From positions 1 through 64,000 of the forward strand of contig JBGPGH010000004.1 of NCBI GenBank assembly GCA_041483735.1: a stretch of DNA of 64,000 nucleotides. Direction: 5' to 3'. Numbering within the stretch: the first letter of the stretch is position 1; every line of letters starts with the position of its first letter. Under the pieces are notes generated by a model. That model did not search any database. It was not told where the DNA came from and worked only from the letters and a program-made list of their open reading frames with translations. This DNA comes from Gemmatimonadaceae bacterium. Its GTDB lineage: Bacteria > Gemmatimonadota > Gemmatimonadetes > Gemmatimonadales > Gemmatimonadaceae. This document shows, one piece after another, positions 8,081-17,155 of the stretch. The position numbers were made by a program, and so were the translations under genes.

Positions 8081-10840
8081 ATGCTTCGTCGTTTCCGTCT
8101 GCTCGCGACCGCGCTGGCCTCGGTGCCGGCCGTCGCCCTGAGTCAGCTCCCCGCGTCTACGTCCGCTCCCCTCCCCGGCATTCCGTACACGAAGTTCGTT
8201 CTCAGGAACGGGCTGACGCTGCTGGTGCACGAGGACCACAAGGCGCCGATCGCGGCGGTCAACATCTGGTATCACGTGGGCTCGAAGAACGAGCGGCCCG
8301 GGAAGACCGGGTTCGCGCACCTGTTCGAGCACCTGATGTTCAACGGGAGCGAGAACTACAACACGGACTACTTCAAGGCGGTGGAGACGATCGGCGCCAC
8401 CGACCTGAACGGGACCACCAACGAGGACCGCACCAACTACTTCCAGAACGTGCCGGTGTCGGCGCTCGACCGCATCCTGTGGCTGGAGTCGGACCGGATG
8501 GGGCACTTGTTAGGTGCCATCGACCAGCCGCGGCTGGATGAGCAGCGCGGCGTGGTCCAGAACGAGAAGCGCCAGGGGGAGAACGAGCCCTACGGCAAGA
8601 TGTTCATCACGATGGCCGAGAACACCTTCCCCAAGGGGCACCCGTATTCGTGGTCGGTGATCGGGTCGATGGATGACCTGAACGCGGCGTCGCTCGACGA
8701 CGTCAAGGACTGGTTCCGCACGTACTACGGGCCGGCCAACGCGGTGCTGGTCATCGCCGGCGACGTGAAGACCGACGACGTCCGCCAGCGCGTGGAGCGC
8801 TACTTCGGCGACATCCCCTCCGGACCGCCGATCATCAAGCACCAGGCCTGGATCGCGAAGATGTCGGGCGAACACCGGCAGGTCATGCAGGACCGCGTGC
8901 CGCAGGCGCGGGTGGTCAAGGTCTGGAACGTCCCCGAATACGGGGCGCCTGACGAGACGTACCTGTCGCTGGTCGTCGACCTGCTGGCCGACGGTAAGTC
9001 GTCGCGGCTCTACAAGCGGCTCGTCTACACCGACCGCACCGCCAGCGACGTCGTCGGCTTCATGGACGATCGCGAGATCGCCAGCCAGGTGGTGCTCTGG
9101 GCCACCGCCCAGCCCGGCGGCGACCTCGCCGGAGTCGAAAAGTCGCTCAACGACGAGATCCGGAAGTTCATCGCCACCGGACCCACCGCGGCCGAGCTCG
9201 AGCGGGTGAAGACGCAGCGGCGCGCCGCCTTCATTCGCGGCGCCGAACGGATCGGCGGCTTCGGCGGCAAGTCCGACATTCTCGCGCGCGGCGCCGTCTT
9301 CCGCGGCGACCCCGAGGCCTACCGCAAGATCCAGCAGCGGGTCGCGACCGCGACCGTCGCCGATGTCCAGGGCGCGGCCCGGCGCTGGCTCTCCGAGGGC
9401 GTCTACGTCCTCGAGGTGCACCCGTTCCCCGAGTACGCCACCGTCGCCAGCACCGTCGACCGCACGAAGCTCCCTGACGTCGCCGCGCCGCCCGACGCGC
9501 CGCTGGCGGCGCCGGAGCGCGCCACCCTCAGCAACGGGATGAAGGTGGTGCTCTCGCGCCGCACCACGGTTCCCGTCGTGCGCCTGTCGACGATTCTCGA
9601 CGCCGGCTTCGCGGCCGACCAGTCGCGCCTGCCTGGCGTGTCCTCGATGGTCATGCAGATGCTCGATGAGGGGACCGCCACCCGCACGTCGCCGCAGATC
9701 GCCGATGAGCTCGCGGCACTCGGCGCCAACCTCAGCGCGTTCGCCGGCCTGGATGCGTCGACCGTCGCGATCACCGCGCTCAAGGACAAGCTCGATCCGG
9801 CGATGGCGATCTACGCCGACGTCATCCTGCACCCGGTGTTCCCGCAACGCGACCTGGACCGGGTGAAGCAGAACACGCTCGCCCAGATCGACCAGGAGAA
9901 AGTCGACCCCTTCAGCATGGCGCTCCGCGTCCTCCCACTGCTGCTGTACGGCGCCGGCCACGCCTACGGGCAGCCGCTCACCGGGAGCGGCACCGCCGAG
10001 TCGGTGGGGGCGATGACCCGCGCCGATCTCGTCGCCTTCCACAAGGCCTGGTTCAAGCCGAACCACGCGACCGTGGTGGCGGTGGGCGACATCACCATGC
10101 CCGAGCTGAAAGCCAGACTCGAGCGCGTCTTCGCGGGGTGGGCGACCGGCGACATCCCGGCCAAGAACATCGCCGCGGTGCCGGCCAAGACGGCCAACGA
10201 GGTCTACATCCTCGACCGGCCGGGCGCCGAGCAGTCGGTGATCCTCGCCGGCCAGCTGGTCGCCCCCAAGGCCAACGCCGACGAGGTCGCGTTCCAGACG
10301 TTCAATGATGCGATGGGCGGGGCGTTCGTCTCGCGCCTCAACATGAACCTGCGCGAGGACAAGCACTGGTCGTATGGCGCCGGCAGCTTCGCGTTCGACG
10401 CCCGGGGCCAGCGCCTGTGGGCCGCGTTCGCGCCGGTGCAGACCGACAAGACCAAGGAGTCGACGCAGGAAGTGGTGAAGGAGCTGCACGCGGTGGTCGC
10501 CGACCGTCCGCTCACCGCCCAGGAGGTCTCCGACGCGAAGGACCGGCAGGTCAAGACGCTGGCCGGCCGCTGGGAGACCGGCGGCGCGGTGGCCGGGGCG
10601 CTGCGGGAGATCGTGACCTACGGGCTGCCTGACGACTACTACGTGACCTTCTCGCGGCGGGTGCAGGCGTCGACCGACGAGGAGGTGAACGCGGCGGCGA
10701 AGAAGTTCATCTCACCCGACCGGATCGTCTGGGTGGTGATCGGCGACCGCGCCAAGGTGGAGGCCGGGATCCGCGAGCTCAACCTGGGCGAGGTGAAGCT
10801 GCTGGACGCCGATGGGCGGCCCAAGCCCGCCACCCCCTAG
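8081..10840 (+). CDS. secreted M16 (pitrilysin/insulinase) family zinc peptidase, tandem M16 units
   Basis: Signal peptide MLRRFRLLATALASVPAVALS; inverted zinc motif HLFEHLMF…E; two peptidase_M16 + M16_C halves; GAGGAG 10 nt upstream of ATG. Confidence 0.88.
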   Translation: MLRRFRLLATALASVPAVALSQLPASTSAPLPGIPYTKFVLRNGLTLLVHEDHKAPIAAVNIWYHVGSKNERPGKTGFAHLFEHLMFNGSENYNTDYFKAVETIGATDLNGTTNEDRTNYFQNVPVSALDRILWLESDRMGHLLGAIDQPRLDEQRGVVQNEKRQGENEPYGKMFITMAENTFPKGHPYSWSVIGSMDDLNAASLDDVKDWFRTYYGPANAVLVIAGDVKTDDVRQRVERYFGDIPSGPPIIKHQAWIAKMSGEHRQVMQDRVPQARVVKVWNVPEYGAPDETYLSLVVDLLADGKSSRLYKRLVYTDRTASDVVGFMDDREIASQVVLWATAQPGGDLAGVEKSLNDEIRKFIATGPTAAELERVKTQRRAAFIRGAERIGGFGGKSDILARGAVFRGDPEAYRKIQQRVATATVADVQGAARRWLSEGVYVLEVHPFPEYATVASTVDRTKLPDVAAPPDAPLAAPERATLSNGMKVVLSRRTTVPVVRLSTILDAGFAADQSRLPGVSSMVMQMLDEGTATRTSPQIADELAALGANLSAFAGLDASTVAITALKDKLDPAMAIYADVILHPVFPQRDLDRVKQNTLAQIDQEKVDPFSMALRVLPLLLYGAGHAYGQPLTGSGTAESVGAMTRADLVAFHKAWFKPNHATVVAVGDITMPELKARLERVFAGWATGDIPAKNIAAVPAKTANEVYILDRPGAEQSVILAGQLVAPKANADEVAFQTFNDAMGGAFVSRLNMNLREDKHWSYGAGSFAFDARGQRLWAAFAPVQTDKTKESTQEVVKELHAVVADRPLTAQEVSDAKDRQVKTLAGRWETGGAVAGALREIVTYGLPDDYYVTFSRRVQASTDEEVNAAAKKFISPDRIVWVVIGDRAKVEAGIRELNLGEVKLLDADGRPKPATP

Positions 10841-10849
10841 GGCCGGCCG

Positions 10850-11308
10850 GTGGCGGTCTCCCGTCGTGCCTCACAGCGCCTGATCGCGTGCGCGGCAATG
10901 GCCGCGGCCGCGATGGCCGCATGCGGCGGAGACAAGGCCAGCGGGCCGAAGACTCCGGTGACCGTGCTCGGCTACTGGATTGGCAAGTCCGTGATGGTCA
11001 ACCAGGCACCGGTGCAGTACGAGATGTGGATCGTGACCGAAACCGCTGACAGCCTCACGGGGGTCTGCCAGGTGTTCGTTGGGCAGACTCCCGCGGGTTC
11101 CTGCGCGGCCTACGGAAGGCTCAGAGACTCGAGCCTCACGCTGACGCTGTCTGGCCTGAACGGCTCGTTCACCGGGGTCTGGCACCGGAACACGCCGGAC
11201 GCGATGACCGGGCGCGTGACGTTCAAGTATTTCGCCACTCAATACACGCGCGACCTGACTCTGGATCGGCCGCCGCCCACTCAGCCGTTTCGCCTGAGAG
11301 CCCTATGA
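10850..11308 (+). CDS. hypothetical lipoprotein/secreted protein
   Basis: GTG start; RR-containing signal peptide ending …AAMAAC GGD; stop overlaps next ATG (ATGA). Confidence 0.55.
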   Translation: MAVSRRASQRLIACAAMAAAAMAACGGDKASGPKTPVTVLGYWIGKSVMVNQAPVQYEMWIVTETADSLTGVCQVFVGQTPAGSCAAYGRLRDSSLTLTLSGLNGSFTGVWHRNTPDAMTGRVTFKYFATQYTRDLTLDRPPPTQPFRLRAL

Positions 11309-13059
11309 CCATCGTGCCAAGAACTCTCGTTCTGCTGCCGCTCGCCCTCGCGCTCGGCGGCGCTCCGCCGCGTCAGGCGGATCCGCTCGACGCGCTGATC
11401 ACCGCCGAGCTCGCCAAACGGCACGTCCCCGGCCTGTCGATCGCGATCATCGATGGTGGGAAGATCGTTCGCACGGCCGGTTATGGCGTGATCGAAAAGG
11501 ACAAGCCGGCGCCGGTCACCACCGCCACCCTCTTCCAGGCGGGCTCCATCAGCAAGTCGGTGGCCGCGGTGGCGGCGCTCCACCTGGTGGAGGCGGGCAC
11601 GTTGTCCCTGGACGAAGACGTGAACGCGAAGCTCACCGGCTGGAAGGTGCCGGAGAACAGGTTCACGACCGCGAAGAAGGTGACGCTGCGAAGCCTGCTC
11701 AGCCATTCCGCGGGACTCACCGTGCACGGCTTCCCGGGCTACGACACCGACTCGGCGATGCCGACGCTGGTCCAGGTGCTGGACGGCGCGCGGCCGGCGA
11801 ACACCGCGGCCATCCGCGTGGACACCGAGCCCGGCGCGATCTGGCGGTACTCGGGCGGCGGTTACACCGTCATGCAGCAGATGATCATCGATGTCACCGG
11901 CCAGCCGTTCCCGCGGTTCATGGAGCGGACCGTGCTGGCGCCCTTCGGGATGACGGCCAGCAGCTACCAGCAGCCGCCGCCGGCCGACCGGGCGCGGGCC
12001 ACCGCCACCGGCCACTACGACGACCGGACCGCGGTGCGCGGTCGCTGGCACGTCTACCCGGAGATGGCGGCCGCCGGCCTCTGGACCACGCCCTCCGACC
12101 TCGCCCGGTTCGCGATCGCGGTGCAGCAGTCGTTCGCCGGCACGTCGAACCCGGTGCTGTCGCAGGCCATGACGCGCCAGATGCTCACCGACCAGAAGGC
12201 CGGCGACGGATTGGGCGTCTTCCTGGCGGGGAGCGGGGCGACGCTCCAGTTCAGCCATAACGGGCGCGACGAGGGGTTCGATGCGCTGATGATCGCCTGG
12301 GCCGAGGGCGGGCGCGGCGTCGTGATCATGATCAACGCCAACGATAACTCGCGGATGATGGGGCGGATCGTCGCAGAGGTCGCCCGCGAGTATCACTGGC
12401 CCCCGCCGGCCGACGCCGCCCCGCCGCCCGTGAAGGCGGTACCGGTCGCGGCGGCACTGCTGCGTTCGTACGCGGGCCGCTACGAGCGCGCCAACAACCA
12501 GATGGTCACGTTCGTCGCCGGCAACGGACGCCTGTTCACGCGCGCCGACGGGTTCGCCGACGAGGAGTTCGTGCCCGAGGCCGACGACCGGTTCGCGTCC
12601 ACCGAGCGGGATTTCCGCCTCACGTTCAAGCGAGACAGCACCGGCCAGGTGACCGATGTCATCTGGAAGATGGGCGAGCGAGGCGGAACGGCGCCGCGGG
12701 TCGGCCCGCTGATCGGGTCGATGGCGAGACAATCCGACCCGGATCCGGCCCTGACGAGCCGGATCGAGGCAACGCTCCGCGGGCTGGCTCGTGGCGGAGC
12801 GGCGATGACCGACTCGGCGCACCTGACGGCGGGAGCGATCGCGGATTTCGGGACAGGCGGGTATGTGCCACTCGCCGGACTGCGCACGCTGGGGTACGTC
12901 GCCGGCCAGGACGTGGCCGCGCGCCGGCTGGAGCGGCATGGTGGCGCGGTCACTCGGATCGTCTACTACAAGCTGCAGACCGCCACCCTGAACCGGTACG
13001 TGCTGGTGTACCTGGTAGCGAACGGGGACGTCACGGATATCGATCTCGTGGAGGACTAG
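11305..13059 (+). CDS. serine hydrolase, beta-lactamase/PBP (class C-like) family with C-terminal extra domain
   Basis: Signal peptide; S-x-x-K active-site motif (GSISKSV), YSG-like motif (YSGGGY); 584 aa. Confidence 0.8.
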   Translation: MTIVPRTLVLLPLALALGGAPPRQADPLDALITAELAKRHVPGLSIAIIDGGKIVRTAGYGVIEKDKPAPVTTATLFQAGSISKSVAAVAALHLVEAGTLSLDEDVNAKLTGWKVPENRFTTAKKVTLRSLLSHSAGLTVHGFPGYDTDSAMPTLVQVLDGARPANTAAIRVDTEPGAIWRYSGGGYTVMQQMIIDVTGQPFPRFMERTVLAPFGMTASSYQQPPPADRARATATGHYDDRTAVRGRWHVYPEMAAAGLWTTPSDLARFAIAVQQSFAGTSNPVLSQAMTRQMLTDQKAGDGLGVFLAGSGATLQFSHNGRDEGFDALMIAWAEGGRGVVIMINANDNSRMMGRIVAEVAREYHWPPPADAAPPPVKAVPVAAALLRSYAGRYERANNQMVTFVAGNGRLFTRADGFADEEFVPEADDRFASTERDFRLTFKRDSTGQVTDVIWKMGERGGTAPRVGPLIGSMARQSDPDPALTSRIEATLRGLARGGAAMTDSAHLTAGAIADFGTGGYVPLAGLRTLGYVAGQDVAARRLERHGGAVTRIVYYKLQTATLNRYVLVYLVANGDVTDIDLVED

Positions 13060-13132
13060 CCGGGTTCATCGCGCACCGGGTTCATCGCGCGTCGCAGGGA
13101 TCGGTGCGCACGGAGGGTCCTACGGCGGGGGG

Positions 13133-13380
13133 CGCGGATTTTCGCGGAAGAAGACGGATTCTGCGGATCGCTCAGCGGGACGAGTTCGGGCTCAGGTGCT
13201 CCCGGCGGGGGAAGCCAGCCGAGGGTCAAGGACCAGAGTCCTTGTGGTGTTTCTTGTTGCCTTTTCTCCAAAGTTCTGGCGTTGTTGTTGCTGTATCCGC
13301 GGAATCCGGCGTCGTCCGCGAAATCCGTGCGCCCCCGCCGTATCGGCGCAAATCCGCCTTATTCCGCGCAATCCCGTGCC
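13133..13380. repeat. cluster of six copies of motif TCCGCG(A)AATCCG (two reverse, four forward) in an intergenic region
   Basis: CGGATTTTCGCGGA (13135-13148) and CGGATTCTGCGGA (13155-13167) on one strand; TCCGCGGAATCCG (13296), TCCGCGAAATCCG (13316), GCGCAAATCCG (13347), TCCGCGCAATCCCG (13362) on the other. Confidence 0.4.
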
Positions 13381-13810
13381 CGATATCTTCCACGACTTTC
13401 CCATCCAGGCCCCGCCGGCCCGCGTCTTCGCGGCGGTGAGCACCCCCGCCGGCCTCGACCAGTGGTGGACGGCGCGCTCGTCAGGCACTCCCGCCATCGG
13501 CAACGAGTACGTGCTCTGGTTCGGCCCGGAGTTCGACTGGCGTGGACGCGTCACCCGTTGCGTCCCCGACAGTGCGTTCGAGCTGGAGATCGTCCGCGCC
13601 GGCCCCGACTGGGTGGGCAGTCGCGTGGCGGTCCGCCTCGCGCCGGCCGCGGGCGGCGGCACGCAGGTCCGCTTCACCCACACCGGGTGGCCCGAAGCCA
13701 ACGAGCACTATCGCATCTCCTGCTACTGCTGGGCGATGTACCTCCGGATCCTCAAACGCTATCTGGAGGCCGGCGAGACCGTGCCGTACGAGCGACGCCT
13801 GGACGTCTGA
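13376..13810 (+). CDS. SRPBCC-fold protein, AHSA1/activator-of-Hsp90-ATPase-like
   Basis: GTG start chosen at conserved core start (…IFHDFPIQAPPARVFAAVSTPAGLDQWW…); upstream part of the track ORF is Cys/Arg-rich non-coding-looking sequence overlapping the motif cluster. Confidence 0.6.
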   Translation: MPDIFHDFPIQAPPARVFAAVSTPAGLDQWWTARSSGTPAIGNEYVLWFGPEFDWRGRVTRCVPDSAFELEIVRAGPDWVGSRVAVRLAPAAGGGTQVRFTHTGWPEANEHYRISCYCWAMYLRILKRYLEAGETVPYERRLDV

Positions 13811-13958
13811 GAGCGCGCCGCATTCACCCGCGACGCCTGCCAATCTGGCGCGCGGATTCTCTACGTCGTTCGACGTATGGGCCGCGCGGGTAATCTGCGC
13901 CAACCTCCCTTCCAGTGCGCGCCGCCGTGGCGCGCCGCTCACCGGCACGGGAGGCTCC

Positions 13959-14390
13959 ATGTTCGTCATGCTCCTCATCGTCACCTTCTCGATCTCGGCG
14001 GCGGCGTCATTCGTGATCGCTCGCCTGTTCGATCGACCGCTAGGTGGCATCGTCCAGCGCCTGATCCCCGACGAGATGGCTGTGGCTTGGCACCGCTACA
14101 TCCACTTCGGTCTCTACCTCGTGGGAGTGAACGGCGGAGTGCGGATCTGGGAGTTCGAGAAGTACGTGCTGCCGCGCGGCGGGCTCCCGGAGCCGCTGCT
14201 CCTGACGGCGGACCGCTGGGCCCTGGAGGTCTACCGCACGCTCATGGGCACGCTGCAGACCGTCGCCGAGGTACTGCTCGTCTTCTTCCTGGTGGCGCTG
14301 CTTGCCTACCTGATCATCAGGAGTCGTGAGGCACTGCACGCGCGGCCGGGGCTTGGGCGGCCGGTGGCGGCCCGGGCGGCGGCGACCTGA
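13959..14390 (+). CDS. hypothetical small membrane protein
   Basis: ATG preceded by GGGAGG; TM helix at N- and C-termini; high GC3. Confidence 0.55.
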   Translation: MFVMLLIVTFSISAAASFVIARLFDRPLGGIVQRLIPDEMAVAWHRYIHFGLYLVGVNGGVRIWEFEKYVLPRGGLPEPLLLTADRWALEVYRTLMGTLQTVAEVLLVFFLVALLAYLIIRSREALHARPGLGRPVAARAAAT

Positions 14391-14484
14391 GCGGGGCCGG
14401 GCGCGCACCGGCAACCCCGGTGCGCGCTGGCAACGCTCCACGCAGTTGAGTCATCATATGTAGCGGGTACCATCGGGAGCTCCC

Positions 14485-16890
14485 ATGTCCGTCCTCCGGC
14501 AGGATCTCCGCTACGCGATCCGTGCCCTGGGCCGCAACCCGGGCTTCAGCATCGTCGCCATCCTCACCCTCGCGCTGGGGATCGGCGCCAACACCGCCGT
14601 GTTCAGCGTCGTCCAGGCGGTGCTGCTGCGCCCCCTCCCGTTCCGCGACGCCGGACAGCTCGTGCAGCTCTGGGAGACCGGCCCGTGGTCGGGCCCGCGC
14701 GGACCGGTGAGCCCGTACAACTTCGAGGACTGGCGGCGCGACAACCGCAGCCTGCCGCTGATGGCGGCCTACGGGTACGAGAGCTTCACCCTCACCGGCG
14801 GGGCGGCCGCCGAGCGGTTGACCGGCCTCCGGGTGACCAGCGGCTTCTTCCCGACGCTGGGGGCGGGCGCGGAGCGGGGGCGGACGTTCGTGCCTGACGA
14901 CGACCGGCCGGACTCGCGGGTGGCGGTGCTGAGCCACGCCGCCTGGCTGCGCCGGTTCGGCGGCGCCGGCGACATCGTGGGGCGGACGATCATCCTCAAC
15001 GACGAGCCGTATGCGATCGTCGGCGTGATGCCGGCGACGTTCGCCTTCCCCAGCCCCCGCACCGAAATCTGGACGGCGCCGGCCTACGAGTTGACCCGGA
15101 AGGCGCGCGGCAGCCACTACCTGTTCGCGATCGGGAGGATGGCGCCGTCGGTGACGCTGGCGCGCGCCCAGTCGGAGCTCGACGCGGTGGCGGCGCGTCT
15201 CGCGGTCCAGTTTCCCGAGTCGAACGCGAAGAGCGGGGTGCTGGCGGTGCCGCTGCGCGAGGAGCTGGTGGGGAACCTTCGGTTCGCCCTGCTGGTGCTG
15301 TGGGGGGCGGTGGCGATGGTGCTGCTGATCGCGGCCGCCAACGCGGCCAACCTGCTCCTGGTGCGCGCCGCCGCCCGCCAGCGCGAGACGGCGATCCGGG
15401 CCGCGCTCGGCGCCAGCCTCACGAGACTCGTCAGGCAGCTGCTCACCGAGAGCCTGGTGCTGGCCGCCATCGGCGGGGCGCTGGGCGTGGCGCTGGCCGC
15501 GTGGGGGACGCGCCTCATCCTCGCCACCGGCGGCCGCGTCCTTCCCGGCCTGGTCACCGTCCGCGTCGACCCGGCGGTACTCGGCTTCACCGCCCTGATC
15601 ACGGTCCTCACCGGACTCCTCTTCGGCACCGCGCCCGCGCTCTGGCACGCGCGCGCCGGCCTGCGCACCGCCGCCCGCGCCGGCGGCGGCCTGGCCGGCG
15701 GGGGACGGAGCGGCACCCGGCTGCGCTTCACCCTCGCCGCCGCCGAGATCGCGGTGGCGCTGATGCTGGTGGTGGGGGCCGGCCTGCTCCTGCAGAGCTT
15801 CTGGCGCCTGCGCCACGTCGACACCGGGTTCGATCCCAGCGGGATGATCACGCTCCGGATCTCGGTCTCCGAGTCGCGCTTCCCCGAGTCGGCCCGGCGC
15901 GCGCGCTTCTACCAGGCGGTGGCCGACCGGATCGCCGCGATCCCCGGCGTGACCCGGGTTGGCGCGGTGAACGACCTCCCCTTCAGCGGATCGCGGACCA
16001 CCAGCTCGTTCGCGGTGGAGACCGGCGGCCAGCCGCTGCCGCCGGACGTCGTGACCGACGCCGACCACCGCACCGTGAACCCGGACTACTTCGCGGCGAT
16101 GGGGGTCCGGCTGGTCGCCGGACGGCTCTTCACCGTCCATGACGATGCGTCGGCGCAGCCGGCGATCATCGTGAACGAAGCGCTGTCGCGCCGGTTCTTC
16201 GCCAACGGCCAGGCGGTAGCCGGCCGGCTGCGGGTGCGGGGCCGATCGTGGGACGTGGTGGGCGTGGTATCCGACGCGAAGCACGACGACCTCAGCGCCC
16301 TGGGCGCGCCGGCGACGATGTACACGGCGATCGCGCAGGACGAGACGGCGCCGTGGACCTTCCTCGCGGTCCGGGTCGCGCGCGACCCGGCGTCGATGAT
16401 CGCCGCGGTCCGGGCCGCGGCCCAGGAGGTGGACCGGAACGTCCCCGCCTACGACGTGTCGTTGATGGAGGACCGGCTGGACGGGGCGGTGGCCGGCCAG
16501 CGCCTGAACGCCGTGCTGCTGGCGGTGTTCGGCGCGGTGGCGCTGGCGCTGGCGGCGATCGGGATCTACGGGGTGATCAACTACGCGGTCACCCTTCAGA
16601 CGAAGGAGATCGGGCTGCGCGTGGCGTTAGGTGCTCGGACCGCCGACGTCCTGCGGCTGGTGGTGGGCCAGGGCGCGCGCTACGCGGCCGCCGGAATCGC
16701 CGCCGGCGTGCTCGCCGCCCTGGTCGTGACCCGGGTGCTCACCCGGCTCCTCTATGGTGTGCGCCCCACCGACGTCACGACCTTCGCCGGCGCGGCGCTG
16801 CTGCTGGCGGCCGTGGCGCTGGCCGCCTGCTGGATCCCCGGGCGCCGCGCCGCCCGGCTCGACCCGATCGTGGCGCTCCGCCAGGAGTAG
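14485..16890 (+). CDS. ADOP-family ABC transporter permease (MacB/FtsX-like, duplicated FtsX domains)
   Basis: Canonical N-terminus MSVLRQDLRYAIRALGRNPGFSIVAILTLALGIGANTAVFSVV…; 801 aa with two FtsX 4-TM bundles. Confidence 0.85.
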   Translation: MSVLRQDLRYAIRALGRNPGFSIVAILTLALGIGANTAVFSVVQAVLLRPLPFRDAGQLVQLWETGPWSGPRGPVSPYNFEDWRRDNRSLPLMAAYGYESFTLTGGAAAERLTGLRVTSGFFPTLGAGAERGRTFVPDDDRPDSRVAVLSHAAWLRRFGGAGDIVGRTIILNDEPYAIVGVMPATFAFPSPRTEIWTAPAYELTRKARGSHYLFAIGRMAPSVTLARAQSELDAVAARLAVQFPESNAKSGVLAVPLREELVGNLRFALLVLWGAVAMVLLIAAANAANLLLVRAAARQRETAIRAALGASLTRLVRQLLTESLVLAAIGGALGVALAAWGTRLILATGGRVLPGLVTVRVDPAVLGFTALITVLTGLLFGTAPALWHARAGLRTAARAGGGLAGGGRSGTRLRFTLAAAEIAVALMLVVGAGLLLQSFWRLRHVDTGFDPSGMITLRISVSESRFPESARRARFYQAVADRIAAIPGVTRVGAVNDLPFSGSRTTSSFAVETGGQPLPPDVVTDADHRTVNPDYFAAMGVRLVAGRLFTVHDDASAQPAIIVNEALSRRFFANGQAVAGRLRVRGRSWDVVGVVSDAKHDDLSALGAPATMYTAIAQDETAPWTFLAVRVARDPASMIAAVRAAAQEVDRNVPAYDVSLMEDRLDGAVAGQRLNAVLLAVFGAVALALAAIGIYGVINYAVTLQTKEIGLRVALGARTADVLRLVVGQGARYAAAGIAAGVLAALVVTRVLTRLLYGVRPTDVTTFAGAALLLAAVALAACWIPGRRAARLDPIVALRQE

Positions 16891-17155
16891 GCTCGAGGTC
16901 GGTCGCGCCCGGCGCCATCTGGGGATGCGCTGGACATCGTCATCACACGGCCGCCCACCTGGTCGGGGCCGTAGCCGCCCGGTGAGGGGTGTGTCCCCCC
17001 TCGCCCCTCGCATCGGCCGCCCCGCGCCACCACGTTTCCCTCCCCTGGCGCGTATTCCACCCAGCCGCTCCCCGTGCGGCCGGCTGGATCCCGATCGCCC
17101 ACGCCCCACTCGACCCCCCGCCATCCCCGGCGCGCCGTCCCACTCCGGAGCTTCC

